A stretch of DNA of 64,000 bases. It comes from a virus. Lineage: Duplodnaviria > Caudoviricetes. The stretch covers positions 1-64,000 of IMG/VR virus record IMGVR_UViG_3300032135_000003, one strand, 5' to 3'. Made by a program: the position numbers and the translations under genes. This document shows, one piece after another, positions 34,259 through 43,262 of the stretch (within the stretch, counting starts at the first letter, position 1; every line of letters begins with the position of its first letter). The notes under the pieces are model-generated. The model was given only the letters and a program-made list of their open reading frames with translations. It had not been told where the DNA came from and searched no databases.

Positions 34259-35248
34259 TTATTCTATCATTTTTAAAACTAAACCTTTGATCTCTTCAAA
34301 TAGTTCTGGGTTATCTTTTAGCACTATTACTAGACTTTGTTTTCCTTGGGCAAGGTTAGAACCGTCATAAGCAAACCAAGAACCTTTCTTTTCTATAACA
34401 CCTGTTTCTACCGCTATATCTATAAGCTCTCCAATTTTATCTATACCTTCACCGAAGATTAAATCATAAGTCGCTGTCTTAAAGGGTGTTGCTGTTTTAT
34501 TTTTAATAATTTTTCCTTTTATTGCGGCTCCGATAATTTCTCCTGCTGCATTTTTGATGTTAGGGCTAGCATATAATCTTACTCTTGTAGAACAGGCAAA
34601 TGGAATTGCCTTACCTCCCAAAGTAATGTTTGGGTCCCCCATGAACTTGCCAATATCAATCCTCAACTGGTTAATTAAAATTATAGTGGTCTTGCTTTTA
34701 TTAGCAATAGGTACAATTTTTCTCATTGCTTTCGCACACATGCGAGCAACAAGTCCAATATTATTATCTCCCATTTCTCCTTCAACTTCTTTAGTGGCAA
34801 TTAACCCACCTACAGAATCAAGTATAATAAGATCAACTGCTCCAGTTTTTGATAAAGCCTCTACAATATCCCAAGCTTCCTCCCCGCCATTTGGTTGTGA
34901 AAAAATTAACTTAGAATTATTCACTCCTAAGCTTTCTGCGTACTCCCTGTTATAAGCCGCCTCTACATCTATAAAAGCACAAACTTTATTATCCTTCTGA
35001 GCCTCTGCAATGGTTTCTAATACAAGCGTAGTTTTACCTGTTCCATTTTCTCCCGCAATTTCGTTGATTCTTCCAACAGGCCATCCACCCCCTAGTTTTC
35101 TATCTAGGTCAAATGAGCCTGATTTTAATCTATCTATATCTATTTTGTGGTTTTCATCCATTAAAAATATAGACCCTTTACCAAATCTTTTGTCTATAAA
35201 AGCCAATGCTTCTTTTAATACGTCTTTTTCTTCTTCTTTCTTTGCCAT
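34259..35248 (-). CDS. recA: RecA recombinase
   Basis: GENGTGKTT Walker A, FIDVE, ILDSV, INQLR, GGKAIPF. Confidence 0.95.
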   Translation of the reverse strand: MAKKEEEKDVLKEALAFIDKRFGKGSIFLMDENHKIDIDRLKSGSFDLDRKLGGGWPVGRINEIAGENGTGKTTLVLETIAEAQKDNKVCAFIDVEAAYNREYAESLGVNNSKLIFSQPNGGEEAWDIVEALSKTGAVDLIILDSVGGLIATKEVEGEMGDNNIGLVARMCAKAMRKIVPIANKSKTTIILINQLRIDIGKFMGDPNITLGGKAIPFACSTRVRLYASPNIKNAAGEIIGAAIKGKIIKNKTATPFKTATYDLIFGEGIDKIGELIDIAVETGVIEKKGSWFAYDGSNLAQGKQSLVIVLKDNPELFEEIKGLVLKMIE

Positions 35249-35293
35249 AATTTTTTATAATGTAAAGTTAACTTATTAACAACCAAATGTTAA

Positions 35294-35593
35294 TTACTCT
35301 ATTGTAAATAAGGCGTCAGATTGTTTAATTAATCTATAAGTTACTTTATCCATAATATATTCTACACCTGTATGTATTCCTATAACAATAGACTGTCCTT
35401 TTGTTAAGAACATTTTTACATTTGTGCCATCATCTTTAACACCGTCTCCTACAGCAGCTACTTTTACTTCCATAAGTTTATTTCCTGTGTCAACTTCTTT
35501 AGTTAAAATAATACCACTATCGGTGATATCTTCTTTTTTAGCCTCAATGATGACTACTACTCTGTCCTCTAACGGTTTATAACTTTCTTTCAT
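35294..35593 (-). CDS. groES: GroES-like co-chaperonin
   Basis: KPLEDRVVV...TDSGIIL...VAAVGDG. Confidence 0.9.
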   Translation of the reverse strand: MKESYKPLEDRVVVIIEAKKEDITDSGIILTKEVDTGNKLMEVKVAAVGDGVKDDGTNVKMFLTKGQSIVIGIHTGVEYIMDKVTYRLIKQSDALFTIE

Positions 35594-35670
35594 ATTTTAT
35601 GGTAATTTTAACATTGCATAGTTAAGACTTATTAGCCTTAATTCCTAATTTTTTCTTAATTATTTACTTC

Positions 35671-35880
35671 TTATTTAGTACTTTGAATTAGGCTATCCAT
35701 TACCCTCATTTTTTCATCATATTTGATATGCCCTTTTAGTTTATAAAGCCTTTCCAAATAATCTAATTCAGCTGTTTTCTTTTTTAATTCCCAAGACCTT
35801 GTGTTATAATCCTTTTCTGCATCCATAACATCACAAGAAGAAAGCAATATAACTGTTACAATCAATAATAATAATTTCAT
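35671..35880 (-). CDS. Small lipoprotein
   Basis: MKLLLLIVTVILLSSC lipobox. Confidence 0.6.
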   Translation of the reverse strand: MKLLLLIVTVILLSSCDVMDAEKDYNTRSWELKKKTAELDYLERLYKLKGHIKYDEKMRVMDSLIQSTK

Positions 35881-36330
35881 ATTTTTTATTTTAATCTTTC
35901 ATAGAGGTTTTTACTAACTTAATTATCCCATTCACACCAAAAAACAGTGTTATGTATAAGATTGTTGTAAATCCTATAAACCTCCAAAAGCTTCCTAAAA
36001 CGTACTCTAATATTTCTAACATACTTTTTCTTAGTTGCTTATAAATACATCTAATGCAATCTCTGTCATAACTAGCTCATAAGCCTGTTTAGTGTCGTCT
36101 AACTCCTGATTTTTTAATACTGTGGATTTTAATACTTCTCCCCGAAAAAGCTCATCATCTTTACCAAAAACAGTATCTCCAACTTCTTTAAACTGGTGTA
36201 GTTTTGCAACTCTATCAGCAATTAATTTATAATAATACTCTTCACTATTCTCAGCGATAATTATCTTTTTTAAATCTTGTTTTGCTTCTTCTAACATAAT
36301 TAAATTATTTATTTAATAAAGTATAAGTAA

Positions 36331-36426
36331 TGTGAGTGGCTAAGAATCGAACTCAGCTTCCATTTAGCACAATGTGTTTTTCATCATCTCGCTATGCTAA
36401 TGCTATCACCAATCAGCCACACTCAC
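36331..36426 (-). ncRNA. tRNA-like RNA (96 nt) with elongated anticodon arm
   Basis: GTGAGTG/CACTCAC-A acceptor, GCT-GATTGGTGAT-AGC D-arm, GCTGAG-TTCGATT-CTTAGC T-arm, 27 nt enclosed by TTAGC/GCTAA. Confidence 0.65.
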
Positions 36427-37416
36427 ATTTCTTACAGCCCTACTGCTTTTAGTATTAATTTAAATTCTTCTAAACTTTCTGCCCAGCCTTGAAAGACTGT
36501 TTCTTGTGATTGATATCCCCACATATACATATCTATTTTAAATTCTATACCTAATTTATCATTTTCAGGGTAAAGGCTGTTTTCATACACCCTTATCTCA
36601 GCACTAATATTATCTTTATATCCGTGTGGTTTTAAAGCGGTAATCTGAAATTTTTCCTTTTCTTTAGTCCATGTTTTAAAAAAATGTGTACTCGTGCGCC
36701 CATGAGAATAAAATATTGGGTCTCGGTGTAAATATTCTACTATCTCTTTCTGTAATTTATTATAGTATTTCATTATTTATTTTTCTAAGGTGTGTGGCGA
36801 TTGCGATAGGCCATTCATCTAAATATTTACATATACTTCCGTCATCAAACTTAACTTCTATATTATTATAATTATAAGGGGGCTCTCCGAAAACAAAGCT
36901 TGTACTATCAATCCATCCCCCACTATCTATATACTCTATTTTATAGTCTTCTGCTAATACTGTGTTAATTGATTCTTCCACTATTTTATTTAGCTCTTCT
37001 GCTAATTTAGAATTACTGCAATCTGGAAACTTTCTATATATCTCTGCTATGTGTGCTGTTTTAATCACTTTCATTTCTTTAAGATTTGTATTGTTGGTTC
37101 ACTTTCTGTGTCTGATATTGGGTATAACAGTCTATATGTATCGCCATTAATTTTATATTGCTCTTCAAAGATGTGGAGCGAGCTGCTTGTACTACTTGGC
37201 TCTTCTTTAGTAAAATCAATATTGGTTTCTGCATCAATCCACAAAGTCTTAAAATTCTTTTCTATCCAACCTTTCATAATTTGTTCTTGTTAATAACAAT
37301 AAATGCTTCTTTTTGCTCTTTGTAATGCACAATTTTCTAAATTAATGCTTAGTGCGTTGTGCAATTAATCTTATTATATAAACTATTAGTTTATTTATTT
37401 GAATTTATTTAAACTT

Positions 37417-38886
37417 TTAACTTACAGTCCTTGGCAGTTGTAGTTCTATTTCAATATGTTTTTTTAAATTGAGGGTTTTTTGGCTATCAAATCCAAAATT
37501 TTCCAGCATCCAAATAATGTAGTTTTTATCTTCTTTTATAACTTGTTTAACAGACTTTCCATTGTGTTTTCCAAACCAAAAGGTAGGGGTTTTATCAGTT
37601 GCATCATTATTAGGGTTTGCTGCAAGTTCTTCCATTTCCCTAAAAGAGTTCATTAGAGAGTCTTTAGTGGGCTTTATATCGGTCATAATAGGATAGTCAG
37701 AAAGTAACTGCCCAGAGCCATTAAACATACCCCAACCATAGTAAGGTATATCTTCAAAAGTAAGTTCCTCTATTCTACCAAATCTTTGCACATTACCACT
37801 GAAGTCTACTATTATGCAATCCTGACCCTCTGGATGGATTCTTACACCTCTTCCTAACTGTTGGTAAGCTAAGGCTACAGAAGATGTAGGACGACCCGTT
37901 ATAATAGCATCTATCTCTGGGTTATCATATCCAACTCCGAGTACATTTACATTTATTGCAACAGGGATATCTCCATTTGAAAAAGAGTCTACCATAAAGT
38001 CCCTTTCAGATACGGTTAGTTTACTATGGACAATTGCACTGTTAGGAATAGAGCCATATAGAAGTTCTGCCTCAGCAATAGAAGGAACAAAAATCAGTAT
38101 TCTTTTTCTACCTTCTGATTTAAGTCTTTTTACTTCTTCGACAATCTGATCGTTTAGACCATTAGATTTGTAATACTCTTTTTGAGAGTGTTCTGTATAA
38201 TCAGAACCTGCGGTATTTAATTTTAGTTCAGAAGTATCATTGGCAATAACTTTATATCTTAAAGGAGCCCAGTACTTATTATCTACCAGTTCTTTAATCT
38301 GAGTTACATGTGCTATTTCTCTAAATAAAGTTCCAAAAGTCCTGTTAATCATAACAAGTCTTGAACCACTCATTCCTCCTGTTAAAAAAATTGGAGTAGC
38401 AGTTAATCCTAAAACATTAGTTACTTTTAAACTCTTGATAAACTTTCTTATCTGGGAACCTATCTTAGTCTGTAAATGTACCTCATCTATAATAATATGC
38501 TTAAGCCCCATCTTACGAAGAGCTTCAATTTCTTTCTTTATAGAACCGATAGTTGCAAAGGTAACTTTAGAAACCTCATCACACCTTTTGAACTCACCAT
38601 CAATTTTAGTATAGTTATTACCATTTAGAGTTTTGGTTTTTAAAGAGGCGCAATAAATAGATGCTTCTCCCCCACAAGAAATGTATTTATGGTAATTTTG
38701 TTTAAGAAGCTCTTTAGAGGGTTGTAGTACAAGAACAGGTACAGTTAGTTGTTCTACTATCTTGGCTATGTATATACTCTTGCCTCCGCCTGTTGGAGCC
38801 ACTACAATAGCCTTTTTCTTAGGGGCTAGTAGCACCTTTAATCCAGCATCTACTCCTAACTTCTGATAATCTCTAAGTACAAACAT
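37417..38886 (-). CDS. SF2 DExH helicase (RadD/UvsW-like)
   Basis: APTGGGKS, DEVH, TAT, QQLGRGVR; C-terminal FGKHNGK module. Confidence 0.9.
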   Translation of the reverse strand: MFVLRDYQKLGVDAGLKVLLAPKKKAIVVAPTGGGKSIYIAKIVEQLTVPVLVLQPSKELLKQNYHKYISCGGEASIYCASLKTKTLNGNNYTKIDGEFKRCDEVSKVTFATIGSIKKEIEALRKMGLKHIIIDEVHLQTKIGSQIRKFIKSLKVTNVLGLTATPIFLTGGMSGSRLVMINRTFGTLFREIAHVTQIKELVDNKYWAPLRYKVIANDTSELKLNTAGSDYTEHSQKEYYKSNGLNDQIVEEVKRLKSEGRKRILIFVPSIAEAELLYGSIPNSAIVHSKLTVSERDFMVDSFSNGDIPVAINVNVLGVGYDNPEIDAIITGRPTSSVALAYQQLGRGVRIHPEGQDCIIVDFSGNVQRFGRIEELTFEDIPYYGWGMFNGSGQLLSDYPIMTDIKPTKDSLMNSFREMEELAANPNNDATDKTPTFWFGKHNGKSVKQVIKEDKNYIIWMLENFGFDSQKTLNLKKHIEIELQLPRTVS

Positions 38887-39000
38887 ATATTCTAGTTAGC
38901 TGTAAAGATACAACTTTAATCTCTAACTACCAACTAAATATAGAATTATCTTCTATAAAAACAGGCTTTTAAATACTGAAATAGTCCTCAGTGTATAAAG

Positions 39001-39975
39001 TTAAGACCTACTAGTACAAGGTGTAGCGTTTCTTGTGCCTTTTACATCTTCATTAATACACCAAGCTATGAAATCAAAGTCTAAATAAGGCAATGGCTTT
39101 ACTTTATCCTCGGTAGAAGCTGGGATAGGAGTAATAGTTTTCTCCATGGTATAGATTTTATTAATAGGAATCATTAGGGCGGCAGTTTCTTTTACAAGAT
39201 AACCTCGAATATAGGTGTACTTTCCTTGTACAAGTTCATCATTATGTAACTTGAACTGTTTGTATTCAACATAAGACATTTTCTTGATACGATCAAACTG
39301 TCTTTTTGTTTTTAACAACCCTTTTTCTTTAAGCTTGCGCTTCCAATAATCCCCTTTAGATTTGGCATTGGTGGTTGCCCCCCCTTTAAGAATTGCATAA
39401 CCACTATTAGATAAGATAACTTTATCGGTAATTTCAATCTTTTCACCAAATCTCTTAATATAAGACTTACTTGCCTTAAGTTGTTTTAGAGTTTTTGGGT
39501 CTTTTCCTTGTACTAATACTTCTCTCCGATGCCTCTTTTTTCTAATCATGGCTTCTTGCTTTCTTTTAGAAGAATGCAGCCTAACAGATAAACTATTATA
39601 TTGAGTATCTATTATGTTTTTCCCTATTTGTATAGGCACTAATTTATTATGATTATATTTTTCTTTTAATTTATTATTACCTAGTAATACAACATCACCG
39701 TTATTAAACGTGACAAGCCCCTCTTCTATTAAGAAGGGGACATATTTATGTATTGAATTTAAAGAAAGGTTGGTTTTAGCCCGTAACAAAGAGAATCCAC
39801 TAACAGTTTTGTTGTTTTTGGCTTTGTAGGCGTAGTATTTTACATCCTTATTACTGCGGGAAGATTTAATTATGGAGTAGGCGGCAATAAGTTTATCACT
39901 AGAAATACCCTCAGTATTTTCACCTATCTCATAGAGACGGTAATAAAGTTTAGATGGTATCTTTGCTACGTTCAT
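39001..39975 (-). CDS. Basic DNA-binding protein, possibly replication-related (start likely MNVAK)
   Basis: Very Lys/Arg-rich; HTH-like LRAKTNLSLNSIHKYVPFLIEEGLV; the longer start lies inside the leader hairpin. Confidence 0.5.
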   Translation of the reverse strand: MNVAKIPSKLYYRLYEIGENTEGISSDKLIAAYSIIKSSRSNKDVKYYAYKAKNNKTVSGFSLLRAKTNLSLNSIHKYVPFLIEEGLVTFNNGDVVLLGNNKLKEKYNHNKLVPIQIGKNIIDTQYNSLSVRLHSSKRKQEAMIRKKRHRREVLVQGKDPKTLKQLKASKSYIKRFGEKIEITDKVILSNSGYAILKGGATTNAKSKGDYWKRKLKEKGLLKTKRQFDRIKKMSYVEYKQFKLHNDELVQGKYTYIRGYLVKETAALMIPINKIYTMEKTITPIPASTEDKVKPLPYLDFDFIAWCINEDVKGTRNATPCTSRS

Positions 39976-39979
39976 AATT

Positions 39980-40106
39980 AAAAATAAAAAACCCTTAGAC
40001 ATTAACGGTAGGATCTAAACTCTACGCTCCGTTGTCTAAGGGTTTACCGTTTTTACACGGTTAGTTTCTTAATTTGATTTAAGAGTTTAGATCAAGTGCA
40101 AATATA
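39980..40106 (-). promoter_or_regulatory. Promoter plus terminator/antiterminator leader
   Basis: CAAATATA 40099; AAACCCTTAGACA...TGTCTAAGGGTTT-TTT hairpin; 5' GATCTAAACTCT complementary to its loop. Confidence 0.6.
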
Positions 40107-40167
40107 CAACACTTTGTTAAACTGACAAAACAAATAAGTTAAAAATTTATATTTTTATTAACGTTAG

Positions 40168-40238
40168 AGAGCAGAGAGAGAATTGAACTCTCACATTTGG
40201 TTTTGCAGACCGCACCCCTCACCGTCAGGTTTCTGCTC
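40168..40238 (-). tRNA. tRNA-Cys(GCA)
   Basis: Cloverleaf, loop CT-GCA-AA, U73; only 3 of 5 anticodon-stem pairs form. Confidence 0.75.
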
Positions 40239-40243
40239 ATAAG

Positions 40244-40315
40244 TGGAATGAGTTAGATTTGAACTAACGACCATCTACGCTTCAAGCAGACACTCTACCC
40301 CTGAGTTACCATTCC
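40244..40315 (-). tRNA. tRNA-Phe(GAA)
   Basis: TCTGC-TTGAAGC-GTAGA; atypical G37/C38. Confidence 0.85.
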
Positions 40316-40348
40316 ATTAAAAGTAAACAAATCTGTTTACTAAATTAG

Positions 40349-40419
40349 CACTCCCCTAGAGACATGAACTCTAACTATACAGTTTTGGAGACCGATAGGC
40401 ACAACCTACGCTGAGGAGC
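40349..40419 (-). tRNA. tRNA-Trp(CCA)
   Basis: TCGGT-CTCCAAA-ACTGT; G73. Confidence 0.8.
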
Positions 40420-40425
40420 AATTTG

Positions 40426-40497
40426 AGGGCAAGGAGGGAGTCGAACCCTCATAAACCAAATTAACAGTTTGGAGCTTTACCATTAAGCTACCTGCCC
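40426..40497 (-). tRNA. tRNA-Asn(GTT)
   Basis: CCAAA-CTGTTAA-TTTGG; GGTTCGACT T-loop. Confidence 0.9.
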
Positions 40498-40511
40498 ATA
40501 TATAAAAATTG

Positions 40512-40597
40512 TAGAAGAAAAGGGATTCGAACCCTTGGAGGCTACTAACCCCACACCCTTAGCAGGGGTGCACAATAAACCACTCTGTCACTCTTCT
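40512..40597 (-). tRNA. tRNA-Ser(GCT)
   Basis: CACCC-CTGCTAA-GGGTG; long variable arm. Confidence 0.9.
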
Positions 40598-40602
40598 AGT
40601 TG

Positions 40603-40692
40603 CGGAAGAAGTGAGACTCGAACTCACACGAGACACAATGCTCCTACAGTTTTCAAGACTGCTGCCCTTAGACCAACTTGGCTTATCCTTCC
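40603..40692 (-). tRNA. tRNA-Ser(TGA)
   Basis: GCAGT-CTTGAAA-ACTGT; long variable arm. Confidence 0.9.
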
Positions 40693-40703
40693 ATTAATAT
40701 TTG

Positions 40704-40788
40704 TGGGATAAGGAGGACTCGAACCTCCATTCCATAGCGGATTACCAGATTTACAGTCTAGCGCCTCTTCCAGCCGAGCAACCACCCC
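40704..40788 (-). tRNA. tRNA-Tyr(GTA)
   Basis: CTAGA-CTGTAAA-TCTGG; long variable arm. Confidence 0.9.
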
Positions 40789-40792
40789 AAAT

Positions 40793-40820
40793 AAAAAAGC
40801 CCCACATTTCTGTGAGGCTT
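40793..40820 (-). terminator. Attenuator terminator directly upstream of the tRNA operon
   Basis: AAGCCTCAC-AGAAAT-GTGGGGCTT-TTTT. Confidence 0.8.
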
Positions 40821-40843
40821 ATTGCTTTTATATATTCAGGGTT

Positions 40844-40927
40844 TTACCCCATCGTCATATCGCATACAGCCTCACCCGATCTATTAGACCAGAAACTAAA
40901 ACAGCTATTATACGAATTATTTTTCAT
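40844..40927 (-). CDS. Leader peptide MKNNSYNSCFSFWSNRSGEAVCDMTMG (27 aa) of the tRNA operon
   Basis: A-rich leader (AAAATAAATAAA-ATG); codons 3-15 only N/S/Y/C/F/W; contains antiterminator GTGAGGCT (40868-40875). Confidence 0.8.
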   Translation of the reverse strand: MKNNSYNSCFSFWSNRSGEAVCDMTMG

Positions 40928-40991
40928 TTTATTTATTTTAAAGTCCACCACCAATGCTAATGAATAGCAGGAGACTGTTGTATTAAAGGTG

Positions 40992-40999
40992 CAATGATA
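40992..40999 (-). promoter_or_regulatory. Probable -7 element of the tRNA operon promoter
   Basis: TATCATTG (one mismatch to TAnnTTTG) about 65 nt upstream of the leader ATG. Confidence 0.5.
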
Positions 41000-41090
41000 C
41001 AACAAGTATTTCAATTACACAAGTTAATGAGCTAAAAATTTATAATTTCAAAAGTTTACCACTTTTTATATTTAGTGGCAATTATTGGAT

Positions 41091-41118
41091 AAAAATAACC
41101 CCCTAACTAAAGGGGGTC
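41091..41118 (-). terminator. Intrinsic terminator insulating the tRNA operon
   Basis: GACCCCCT-TTAGTT-AGGGGGTT-ATTTTT. Confidence 0.7.
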
Positions 41119-41157
41119 TAATAATCAATTTAACAATCAAACTAACAGGCAATATTT

Positions 41158-41421
41158 TTAATAGTTCTCTGAAACTATATCTTCTTGGTCTGGCTTATAA
41201 CGAAAAGAGTTTAATAAAAAGGATTCTAACGTTCTAGCTGCTACTTGAATGGAAAGAGCTCCATTGGTTTTTTGGTGCATGCGAAAAAGGTCGAAGGTTA
41301 CTTCGGATATAAATTCACTGTTTTTTTCTATATAAGAATTTGAAATTAAGTTCTCACTAATATAGTCATCCCATATTAGCTCTTTAAATTCTTCTAATCT
41401 GTGGTAAATTTCATTTTGCAT
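41158..41421 (-). CDS. Hypothetical protein with its own canonical promoter (41443-41473)
   Basis: ORF; CAAATATA 41443 and CAAA 41470. Confidence 0.6.
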   Translation of the reverse strand: MQNEIYHRLEEFKELIWDDYISENLISNSYIEKNSEFISEVTFDLFRMHQKTNGALSIQVAARTLESFLLNSFRYKPDQEDIVSENY

Positions 41422-41540
41422 CTTAACTTGGTTTTAACACTGCAAATATACCACCTTAGTCTTGAATTTCAAAAAGTCTGAATTAGAAATTTATATTGAA
41501 AATAAGTGCCTAAAAATTAGGATTATAATAAAAGAAGTTG

Positions 41541-41599
41541 TATCTATGCAAAATAATCCTAATTAACAAACTTTTAACACACTTTAACAAGACTTTAAC
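41541..41599 (+). promoter_or_regulatory. Late-block promoter followed by four TTAAC repeats
   Basis: TATCTATG 41541; TTAAC 41563, 41574, 41584, 41595. Confidence 0.6.
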
Positions 41600-41602
41600 A
41601 TT

Positions 41603-41968
41603 ATGGCGAACGAAATATATTTTAATCCGTTGAAGTATAAGAATGAAATGCAGTTGTTAGAATACATTATTAGGATATACTCTGTAGTAATGTTAAATGA
41701 CAATTTGGAAAATCACGAAGAAAAGGTACTGATGTTTTATTTCAAGTATGGATATTCCCCAGATACCAAAGAGAAGATTAAAAAAGCTTTAGATATCTCA
41801 GCCCACTATTTAAATACTATTAATTACCACTTAGATAAGAAAGGATATTTGAGAAAAGATGACAGAAACAAACAGAAGAAACATTTGTCTGATGGGCTAT
41901 TAAAACTGAAAGAAGCTTTTGTAGACAAAGGTATCAAAACGTATGTTATTAAAGCGGTTAGAGATTGA
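41603..41968 (+). CDS. Winged-helix-like DNA-binding protein
   Basis: IKKALDISAHYLNTINYHLDKKGYLRKDDRNKQKKHL resembles an HTH plus wing. Confidence 0.55.
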   Translation: MANEIYFNPLKYKNEMQLLEYIIRIYSVVMLNDNLENHEEKVLMFYFKYGYSPDTKEKIKKALDISAHYLNTINYHLDKKGYLRKDDRNKQKKHLSDGLLKLKEAFVDKGIKTYVIKAVRD

Positions 41969-42414
41969 GAACAGAAACAAATATAAGCTTCATAGAAGAT
42001 GTTGCAAAAGAGGTTGCCAAAGAGTTTGAGGGGATCACAGAAGAAGATGTAATGCAAGTCTATATAAACACTGTAAGGTGGATAAAACATTTAATGGTAC
42101 AAGACAATGTATTTTCAATAATAATCCCTTACATAGGAATTATGCACATAAATAAAGGGTTTTTAAAGCGTGTAATACAACAACAGGAAGCAGCCTTATC
42201 AAGAGGACAGGACGTAGACAGGGATAAATATGATAGGAGCAAAAAGAAGTTAGCTACTATTGTGGACTTTCAAAAGAAAAGAAAAGAGTCTACAGCAAAA
42301 GGAGGCACAACACATAATAAGAAAAGTATACTGGGAATGCTTTATACAAAGACTAAGATAAATTTAGAGGGTATAGAAAAAATTCAAAAAGATTATACAA
42401 ATGGCAAGCATTAA
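41965..42414 (+). CDS. HU/IHF-like protein
   Basis: Helix-helix N-terminus then SIIIPYIGIMHI strand-turn pattern; TTG start. Confidence 0.45.
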   Translation: MRTETNISFIEDVAKEVAKEFEGITEEDVMQVYINTVRWIKHLMVQDNVFSIIIPYIGIMHINKGFLKRVIQQQEAALSRGQDVDRDKYDRSKKKLATIVDFQKKRKESTAKGGTTHNKKSILGMLYTKTKINLEGIEKIQKDYTNGKH

Positions 42415-43045
42415 AAAAATAATAGAAGCAAACTTATCAGACAAATCTAAATTAGGTAAGTGGTACACAGATAGATTAGAAATTTGTAAAAAATGTAATT
42501 TACATTCATCTAACTTCAAACCTGAGACTATCCCAGAAAAAATAAATTTTGCTAAGGGACTCAGCCTTAATTTAGGGAGAGAATTCTGTACAGTCTGCCT
42601 CTGTAATACCGAAGCAAAAGCCTCTATGCCAGAGCTATCTTGCCCAACACAACCTCCAAAATGGGACGCAATAGAAACCGTTAAAACTTCTGAAATACTA
42701 GATTATGAGATAGAGAATTTATCTACAAATAAAATAATGGTAAGCCATGAAAAAGGAGAATTTATATTACAGTATGGAACAATAGGATATAAAGCAGACA
42801 CAGTAATAAATATACTTATAAAACCTAAAGACAATCAAGAGTTTGTAAACCTAAAGGTGAGCTCTGAATGTGGCTGTACCACTCCTATTATTTCCCGCAT
42901 AAAAAACAATATCAATGTAAGGATATCTTATGATTCAAAACGGGTAGGAGAATTTAACAAACTTGTAACATTAGATTATAGTTTGAATAACAAAACAAAT
43001 AAAGTAAGATTAAGAATTAAAGGAAAAGTTAAACCAACAAGATAA
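42401..43045 (+). CDS. Cys-rich protein with DUF1573-like Ig domain
   Basis: CKKC/CTVCLC N-terminus; SSECGCTTP...YDSKRVGEFNK...LRIKGKV. Confidence 0.6.
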   Translation: MASIKKIIEANLSDKSKLGKWYTDRLEICKKCNLHSSNFKPETIPEKINFAKGLSLNLGREFCTVCLCNTEAKASMPELSCPTQPPKWDAIETVKTSEILDYEIENLSTNKIMVSHEKGEFILQYGTIGYKADTVINILIKPKDNQEFVNLKVSSECGCTTPIISRIKNNINVRISYDSKRVGEFNKLVTLDYSLNNKTNKVRLRIKGKVKPTR

Positions 43046-43049
43046 CCAA

Positions 43050-43256
43050 ATGAATTATAAATCAATTGCTCTACAAGAGCTTGTAAATTACGCCAATTCC
43101 TACCCTGAATACACACTCTCAGAAATTTTATACAGTTTTCTAAGAGAAAAAGTATCTGGAATAAAAGAAACCAAAGATATCCATAAACTTACTGATGAGG
43201 ATATCTACAGTATTATAGAACAAGTAAGAGATCAAGAAACCGCAGAATTAACATAA
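43050..43256 (+). CDS. Hypothetical protein
   Basis: In-operon ORF. Confidence 0.6.
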   Translation: MNYKSIALQELVNYANSYPEYTLSEILYSFLREKVSGIKETKDIHKLTDEDIYSIIEQVRDQETAELT

Positions 43257-43262
43257 GACACT

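Noticed and set aside
1718-37293. Many short plus-strand ORFs in the minus-strand region (and minus-strand ORFs in the late block)
   Set aside because: They overlap better-supported genes on the other strand and have antisense-type Phe/Ser/Leu-rich composition
40701-40967. 88-aa plus-strand ORF
   Set aside because: Antisense to tRNA-Tyr, the attenuator and the leader peptide
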